This document shows, in pieces, positions 58,899 to 64,000 of a DNA stretch of 64,000 nucleotides. This DNA comes from an uncultured Fimbriimonadaceae bacterium (GTDB taxonomy: Bacteria > Armatimonadota > Fimbriimonadia > Fimbriimonadales > Fimbriimonadaceae). How positions within the stretch are numbered: position 1 is the first letter of the stretch; each line of letters begins with the position of its first letter. The stretch covers positions 28,798 through 92,797 of the forward strand of contig CAZCSP010000010.1 of NCBI GenBank assembly GCA_964501275.1, written 5' to 3'. Both the position numbers and the translations under genes were made by a program. The notes under the pieces are model-generated. The model had not been told where the DNA came from and did not search any database. It saw only the letters and a program-made list of their open reading frames with translations.

Positions 58899-59026
58899 GA
58901 CAAATGACGAACGACGAATAACAAACGATTGGGAGACTGGCTAGATGGCACCAGCGGTTTGACCCGCTAGCTAGAGCCATGTAGTTTCGTAGTTAGTCGT
59001 TTGCTATTCGTCGTTTGTCGTTAGTC
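58899..59026. repeat. Inverted repeat of GACGAAC-type heptads: arms 58899-58928 / 58997-59026, 26/30 complementary, 68-nt spacer
   Basis: Read directly, just downstream of the flgE stop. Confidence 0.8.
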
Positions 59027-59042
59027 GTTAGTCGTTACCTGC

Positions 59043-60296
59043 CTACCGCTTCATATTGATGAGATCCTGGAGCATTTCATCGACCGTGGTGACCACCTTG
59101 GTGTTGGCTTGGAAGCCGCGTTGGGTGATGATCAGGTCGGTGAACTCGTTTCCGATGTCGATGTTCGACTGCTCCAGGAAGCCGGAGTTAACGGAGCCTC
59201 GGCCTCCGCTTCGGGGGGTGCCGACAACCGCGACGCCCGAGTTATCGGTGGCTCGCCATAGGTTGCTTCCGGTGCGCTCCAGACCGTTCGCGTTCGGGAA
59301 GATTGCGAGGGAGATCTGGCCTAGTGGGCGGGTCAAGCCGTTGGTGTAGAGACCGGTGACGATGCCGTCGGTTCCAACTGAGAAGCTCGAAAGCGAACCA
59401 GGGGCAAAGCCGTTTTGGCTGGAAGCGTTCACCTGCATCTCGGTGGCAAGCTGGCTGATGGAGCCCAGTTCCAGGGAGATCGGGAACGCGGGAACGCCCG
59501 TTGATGCCGGAGGCGTGACGGTGATGCTTCCGGGGCTGCCAGATGTTAGCTGGCCATTGGCCGGGTTGAAGACAAGCGTTCCGCCTCCCGTCACCACGTC
59601 GCCATTCACTCCCGAAACCGCCCAGGACCATTCGTTGGGAGTGGCCGTTTCGGTCAGGGTCAGAGTGAGGTCGTGCTGGCCACCCAGAGAGTCGTAGACG
59701 CGCACGATAGCCTCCGTGCTCTGAAGGCCAGGCTCGTCGAAGACTCGCATATCCAGATTGCCCGCCCAGTTGATCGATGTTGTCTGCTGCACGGCGGTTC
59801 GGGCGCCGATGGGGATTCGAAGACTGGAGGTGGGACCAACCGGCTGGTTGGTGTTGATGATGCCGGTTGCGGGGTCAGCAGTCCAACCCATCATCCGCTC
59901 GCCGGTTGCTCGGTGGACCAAGTCGCCGTTGGCGTCGAGGTCGAACGCGCCGTCTCGGGTGTAGGCCACTCGGTCGCCGTTGCTAACCATGAAAAAGCCG
60001 TTGCCCTGGATCGAGAAGTCGGTGGGCCGGTTGGTGGCGTTGAGCGAACCCTGCTCATTGTTCACGTCGGTACCGGCGATCAAGACGCCAAGGCCGAACT
60101 GAATCGCATTGGTTCCCCCCATGCCGGCCGACGGTCGGCTGGCGCCGCGCAGAGTCTGGGCGATCATGTCCTGAAACGTTACACGGGAGCCCTTGTAGGC
60201 GGTGGTGTTGACGTTGGCGAGGTTGTTACCGATGACGTTCATGCGCGTCTGCTGCGCTTTGATGCTGGCAACGCCAGCGAGTAGTGCTTGTAGCAT
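59043..60296 (-). CDS. flgE: Flagellar hook protein FlgE
   Basis: N-terminal MNVIGNNLANVNTTAYKGSRVTFQD. C-terminal GFLEQSNIDIGNEFTDLIITQRGFQANTKVVTT. These are the conserved rod/hook terminal segments. Confidence 0.93.
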   Translation of the reverse strand: MLQALLAGVASIKAQQTRMNVIGNNLANVNTTAYKGSRVTFQDMIAQTLRGASRPSAGMGGTNAIQFGLGVLIAGTDVNNEQGSLNATNRPTDFSIQGNGFFMVSNGDRVAYTRDGAFDLDANGDLVHRATGERMMGWTADPATGIINTNQPVGPTSSLRIPIGARTAVQQTTSINWAGNLDMRVFDEPGLQSTEAIVRVYDSLGGQHDLTLTLTETATPNEWSWAVSGVNGDVVTGGGTLVFNPANGQLTSGSPGSITVTPPASTGVPAFPISLELGSISQLATEMQVNASSQNGFAPGSLSSFSVGTDGIVTGLYTNGLTRPLGQISLAIFPNANGLERTGSNLWRATDNSGVAVVGTPRSGGRGSVNSGFLEQSNIDIGNEFTDLIITQRGFQANTKVVTTVDEMLQDLINMKR

Positions 60297-60500
60297 GTTT
60301 TTTCCTTCCGATGGTGTTTGGTTTTTGGCTTTCGGTCGTCGGCGTTGGGTTATCGGTTTTTGGCGATTGGTTTTGCCTTTCGATTTCCGTCTTCCAATTT
60401 CCGGTTGTGGGAAGGAGCCTGGGCCGCTTCTGGGCCTTTGGCGAACATTCGGGGAGTGCCCGATCCTGCTCTGTTCCCTTCCCTGTTTTTCAGTCAGTTG

Positions 60501-60540
60501 AATAGGTCGTATAGGTCTTATAAGTCCGATAGGTCCTATG
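60501..60540. repeat. TAGGTC/TATAAGTCC word block (AATAGGTCGTATAGGTCTTATAAGTCCGATAGGTCCTATG)
   Basis: Read directly. It uses the same words as 10039-10078. It lies in the 266-nt gap between the small flagellar operon gene and flgE, together with GGTTTTTGG-type words at 60310-60400. Confidence 0.7.
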
Positions 60541-60561
60541 AGTCGTTTCAGTGCGGACGAT

Positions 60562-60933
60562 TTACACGATAATCGCGCTGTCGATGTTGGTGAACACGTT
60601 CTCCTTGAGGTGCTGCTGATCCACGGCGGTGATGACCGTTCGGTTCTTGATGCTCACCACGAGGGCGGCATTGTCGACCAGAACGAGCGATTCCTTGGCT
60701 CCCTTCGCGGCGGCCTTTTCGACCCCGTCCAGGACCCGATTCCACTCGGCTTGGCCCAGTTCGATGTTTCGACTCTGGAGCCTGGTCTGGGCGTGGCCGC
60801 TGACTTTCAGGCGATCTTGGAGGATCGCGGCGAAGTCGGGGCCGCCTTCGACCTTGCCCGGCTGAACCGGCTTGGTCGTTGGCTGTCCGATCAGGAGATC
60901 GTGGATTCGGCTGTTTTGAATTCGACTGTCCAT
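60562..60933 (-). CDS. Small flagellar operon protein of unknown function (family I recall as TIGR02530, 'flg_new')
   Basis: The ATG at 60933 was verified, 4 nt after the flgD stop. FAAILQDRLKVSGHAQTRLQSRNIEL...VEKAAAKGAKESLVLVDNAALVVSIKNRTVITAV...NVFTNIDSAIIV. Its position between flgD and flgE matches many Firmicutes. Confidence 0.7.
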   Translation of the reverse strand: MDSRIQNSRIHDLLIGQPTTKPVQPGKVEGGPDFAAILQDRLKVSGHAQTRLQSRNIELGQAEWNRVLDGVEKAAAKGAKESLVLVDNAALVVSIKNRTVITAVDQQHLKENVFTNIDSAIIV

Positions 60934-60937
60934 TTCG

Positions 60938-61354
60938 TTACTCTTTGATCGAGTGGATGGCGGGGACTTGAATCTCCACCAATCCGCCGTCGGCCTCAAT
61001 GACGCCCAGGTAGTACTGGCCGTTCTTCACCACCATCGAGGTGATGCGGCCCTCCACCATCTCGTTGTATCCGGTGCCAGTTTCCGACATCGGCCTCACG
61101 GCGACGACGGTCTTGCCGATCAGGCTGGTGATCTGCGTGACCTCCAGGTTCTTATTGATCGTGTCCATGCCCTGGACTTGACCCAACTGGGCCATCTGGG
61201 CAAAGAAGTCTCGGTCGTTCATGGGCTCCAGCGGGTTCTGATTCTCCATCTGAACCGCGAGGAGCCGGAGGAACTGGTTCATGTCCAAGCTCTGTTTGGG
61301 CTTGGCGGGCGCGTTCCCCCAGTACTGGTCGGCAGTGATGTTTCCTACATCCAT
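60938..61354 (-). CDS. flgD: Flagellar hook assembly (capping) protein FlgD
   Basis: The ATG at 61354 has an AGGAGA Shine-Dalgarno sequence. SLDMNQFLRLLAVQMENQNPLEPMNDRDFFAQMAQLGQVQG is the FlgD N-terminal signature. Confidence 0.88.
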   Translation of the reverse strand: MDVGNITADQYWGNAPAKPKQSLDMNQFLRLLAVQMENQNPLEPMNDRDFFAQMAQLGQVQGMDTINKNLEVTQITSLIGKTVVAVRPMSETGTGYNEMVEGRITSMVVKNGQYYLGVIEADGGLVEIQVPAIHSIKE

Positions 61355-61365
61355 AACGTTTCTCC

Positions 61366-62961
61366 TTAGGCGGCCAGATCGACGGCCTGTCCGCGTCGCA
61401 CCCAAGCTCGAACGTCCGCCTTGGGCTGGTTGAAAGAGCGCTCGCCCTGACCCTGATGGCCCTGCGATTGCCCCTGATTCTGCTGTTGACTGGGCTGTTG
61501 CCAGCCTCGGCTAGATTCCTGCTGCGTGGCGTTGCCGCTCTGCTGGCTCACGGTGACGGACTGAAGCTGGAAGCCTCGGGAGTCCATCGCCTCGATCAGC
61601 CGAGTCCGGTTTTGATCCAGAGCCTCGCTGACTCGTGAGTCGCTGGCGGTGATCTCGGTATCCACCATGCGCCCGACCGACTTGACCATCACGGTGATGG
61701 AGCCAAGGTGTTCCGGGTTCAAGTGGATGACGACGCCGTTCCGAGGCCGTGCGGCGGCAAGCATGTGCAGTTTGTCGGTCACCTGCTTCATGACCAACTC
61801 TGCCTCCTGCGGTTGGAGTCGGGGCGAAGTTGGGCGGGCGACATCCTGAGCCGAAGCGACCTGGGTCGATGCCGAAAGCGTGGTCGCGGGTTCGGTATCG
61901 ATCAGGGCGTCCTTTATGCCAAACAGCTTCCCCTTGCTCACCTCGGTTCGGTGGTCAGGATCAAAGCGCTTGGGCATCCCGTTCCCTTTCGACGGTTCGC
62001 CGCCAAGATCCGACTTGCTGGTTTTGAATCCCTTTTCTGCCGCAGCGGCCGTAAGAACGTCGGGCTTGGCAGAGTCGGTGGGTTTGAAGGGTCGAGGCTC
62101 CGGGTTATCCGGGAACGGCCTCGCTCCTGCGGGATTGGGTTGTGGCGTGGGCTCTTTACCCACATTCGTTCTGGTCCCCGGTTTCCATGGCTTTTCCAAC
62201 CAGAGTTCGGGGTTGACAGGCGACGTCGGCTCGGGGACGACGGTGGCCTCATCATTCGCATGGGCGGCCTGAAGTCGGTCAAGTGGGACCACGACTCGCT
62301 TGACAGCGATCGGGTTGAGGCCCTTCAATATCCCTTTATCGAAGGTTTGAATATCCTCGCCGGCGATCGCCGGAGCGGTCGAATGATGGGGAATCTTTTT
62401 GGATACGCCAGATGGCCTGACGCCCGTGAGTGGCTCCGGTGGTTTCGATTGCGGTCTGGCAACGCCGTCCCGCGGCTCGCCCTGGTCTACGGGAAAGCTG
62501 AGGATCGTCTCCCTAACGGATGGTTGCACCCGTTCGCCATTCACCGCTGGCGCAGGGCAGTCAGGCACAAGGGGAGGCTCTTCGAAGAAATAGCATCCCA
62601 TTTGGCCGACGAGCCACTTCATGGCATCGTCGACGGGTTCGCCTTTGTCTGCCCCAAACTCGACGCGCTCGGATTGGATCGGAGCCTTCCAGAAGGGTTG
62701 CGGGAGATCGATGTCGATCTCGACTTTCGGAAGCGGGTGGAAGTCCAGTTCTTGAGGCTGAGCATTCGGCTCGGCGACCTCGACTCCTTCCACCACTGAC
62801 AACATGTCGGGTGGCGGTTCGGGGCCGGGTGGGGCCCCTGGCGGGATAACTCCCTGGTTCTCTGCTTGCTTGATGGCGGCTTCGAATCCGGGCTGGGCAG
62901 TTGTTTGACCAGTTTGTTCGACGGGCGCGCCAAAGGCAAGGCTTAGTGCGGATATGTCCAT
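61366..62961 (-). CDS. fliK: Flagellar hook-length control protein FliK
   Basis: 531 aa with a Pro-rich low-complexity centre and the C-terminal Flg_hook domain (VVIHLNPEHLGSITVMVKSVGRMVDTEITASDSRVSEALDQNRTRLIEAMDSRGFQL). Confidence 0.85.
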   Translation of the reverse strand: MDISALSLAFGAPVEQTGQTTAQPGFEAAIKQAENQGVIPPGAPPGPEPPPDMLSVVEGVEVAEPNAQPQELDFHPLPKVEIDIDLPQPFWKAPIQSERVEFGADKGEPVDDAMKWLVGQMGCYFFEEPPLVPDCPAPAVNGERVQPSVRETILSFPVDQGEPRDGVARPQSKPPEPLTGVRPSGVSKKIPHHSTAPAIAGEDIQTFDKGILKGLNPIAVKRVVVPLDRLQAAHANDEATVVPEPTSPVNPELWLEKPWKPGTRTNVGKEPTPQPNPAGARPFPDNPEPRPFKPTDSAKPDVLTAAAAEKGFKTSKSDLGGEPSKGNGMPKRFDPDHRTEVSKGKLFGIKDALIDTEPATTLSASTQVASAQDVARPTSPRLQPQEAELVMKQVTDKLHMLAAARPRNGVVIHLNPEHLGSITVMVKSVGRMVDTEITASDSRVSEALDQNRTRLIEAMDSRGFQLQSVTVSQQSGNATQQESSRGWQQPSQQQNQGQSQGHQGQGERSFNQPKADVRAWVRRGQAVDLAA

Positions 62962-63176
62962 TTCACTCCCGGCTGGGTTCAGCCAATAGACATCTTTGGT
63001 TCGCGGGGCTGGTATTTATAGGGGCGAGTTGGGAAATGTTGTTTGTGGCTTGGGCGATCGGGGGTTGCCTTCGCCTTAGAACTACGCGCTGCATCCTTTC
63101 ACCACCAAGAAACAAAGGGCGCTAAGGGATTTCAATCTCTACCCTTGCTTGGATTCCGGGGGCGGACGTCGCCTCG

Positions 63177-63608
63177 TCAGCCGACATCCGCAGGATCAAC
63201 CACCGTAACCCCAATCTTCTTCCAGGCTAGATCTCCCGATATAAACAGATCGCAATGAGCAAGGATGCCTGTCGCCAAGTGAATCGCATCAGGGGTCTTG
63301 AGGCTAGGGTGTTGGGCTCGGAGGTCGATGGCCTTCTCCAGTACAGCATCGCTGATAGGCTCAATGATTTTGTGGGATGAGGGCGTGAGAAACGTTCGAA
63401 AGATGCTTTCGGCAACTTGGTCGTTATTCCTGCGCGGGTGAATGAGGGCTTCAAGCAGAGTGAGCCGACTGCTCACAACCGTAAATTCCAGATTGTCGAG
63501 GGGGATGAGCATGCCAGCCTTCAGGTTGGCGTAGTGAGGCACGCCTTCCAACGCGTAAATGACAGTGCTCACATCCAGATACACTCGATGTCCCTTGAGA
63601 CTTACCAT
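63177..63608 (-). CDS. vapC: PIN-domain toxin VapC
   Basis: VYLDVSTVIYALEG (first Asp), LTLLEALI (Glu), DAIHLATG (Asp), ISGD (Asp). 143 aa. Confidence 0.8.
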   Translation of the reverse strand: MVSLKGHRVYLDVSTVIYALEGVPHYANLKAGMLIPLDNLEFTVVSSRLTLLEALIHPRRNNDQVAESIFRTFLTPSSHKIIEPISDAVLEKAIDLRAQHPSLKTPDAIHLATGILAHCDLFISGDLAWKKIGVTVVDPADVG

Positions 63609-63844
63609 TCGGCCCGCAACTCAGCCAGGTACTGATCAACCGCTTCCTTTGATCCATGGGCTCCTGGTCCCTTTATGCTTCCAAAGAGCGAAGCGTTGGA
63701 AGCGGAAGGTGATTCAGGGGATAAAACGAACCGCTCCAAGCCAGCTTGGATAATGCGGTCGATTGCTTCTCGCTGGCTGATCTTCTGGATACGGGCGACC
63801 TCTTCAATCTCCCGCTCCCACCGATGGGGAATATCTAGGCCCAT
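63602..63844 (-). CDS. vapB: Putative VapB-type antitoxin
   Basis: 80-aa ORF overlapping vapC by 7 nt. N-terminal IEEVARIQKISQREAIDRIIQAGLE is RHH/CopG-like. Confidence 0.55.
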   Translation of the reverse strand: MGLDIPHRWEREIEEVARIQKISQREAIDRIIQAGLERFVLSPESPSASNASLFGSIKGPGAHGSKEAVDQYLAELRAEW

Positions 63845-63898
63845 TTGTATCGTTTCCTCTTCTAGATATTATGCCTTGGATGCTCGTAGGCGCAGGGT

Positions 63899-64000
63899 TT
63901 AGGGCTTCCTTTTTGCTCCGTGCTTCTTAAGAAAGTCCACGAGGTCTTGGTCCTTTCGATTCGCCGCGATATCGAGGGGATAGCCGAGGCTGGTCGTTGA
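63899..64000 (-). CDS. 3' end of an ankyrin-repeat-like protein (partial)
   Basis: Own translation of the minus strand: ...STTSLGYPLDIAANRKDQDLVDFLKKHGAKRKP* (TAA at 63901-63899). The pattern G-x-x-PL-x-x-A...LV-x-x-L-x-x-HGA resembles an ankyrin repeat. Confidence 0.4.
   Translation of the reverse strand, partial: STTSLGYPLDIAANRKDQDLVDFLKKHGAKRKP

Noticed and set aside
62962-63176. Sigma-28 (TAAA-N15-GCCGATAA) or sigma-54 (TGGCAC-N5-TTGC) promoter upstream of fliK
   Set aside because: The closest candidates (TAAATACC...CCAAAGAT and TGGTGGTGAAAGGATGCA) have wrong spacing or poor -10/-12 elements, which is not enough to call.

Overview
This is a 64-kb stretch of a high-G+C bacterial chromosome (about 60% by eye, not computed). 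It is densely coding, with about 66 protein genes. I found no rRNA, tRNA or CRISPR array.

Core genes: recO (partial), glmU-prs, upp, yggS-sepF, ccmE-ccmF, panD, rarA, a reverse-transsulfuration plus cysteine-dioxygenase cluster, trxB, pheT, 2-oxoacid dehydrogenase E1 alpha/beta, ilvB-ilvN...ilvC...ilvD, carA, and a flagellar hook module (fliK-flgD-small flagellar operon protein-flgE).

Accessory content: three HicA/HicB modules with three different architectures (canonical, convergent, and tripartite with a SecB-like chaperone), a vapBC pair, a Prim-Pol/helicase gene next to a visibly low-G+C cassette (mobile-element remnant), and a PEP-CTERM trypsin-like protease.

Most worth following up:
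1. Six tightly overlapping membrane-protein genes of unknown function appended to glmU-prs (754-5083).
2. A HicA-HicB(C-terminal extension)-SecB-like toxin-antitoxin-chaperone module (44410-45735).
3. A 36-codon Leu/Val/Ile-rich leader ORF plus a four-segment attenuator upstream of ilvB (48172-48341), absent from the ORF track.
4. A ~190-bp palindromic MITE-like element in three copies.
5. Pervasive long intergenic hairpins whose arms are built of degenerate 7-nt words. One such hairpin family is also inserted in frame in two ORFs.
6. A CcmE with CxxxY in place of HxxxY.

Lineage guess: a Terrabacteria-type phylum such as Armatimonadota. This is a weak inference from the PEP-CTERM protein, an H-X9-DG-like protein, SepF and a Firmicute-style flagellar operon protein, and cannot be verified without a database search.

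All product calls rest on motif recognition by eye, not on searches.
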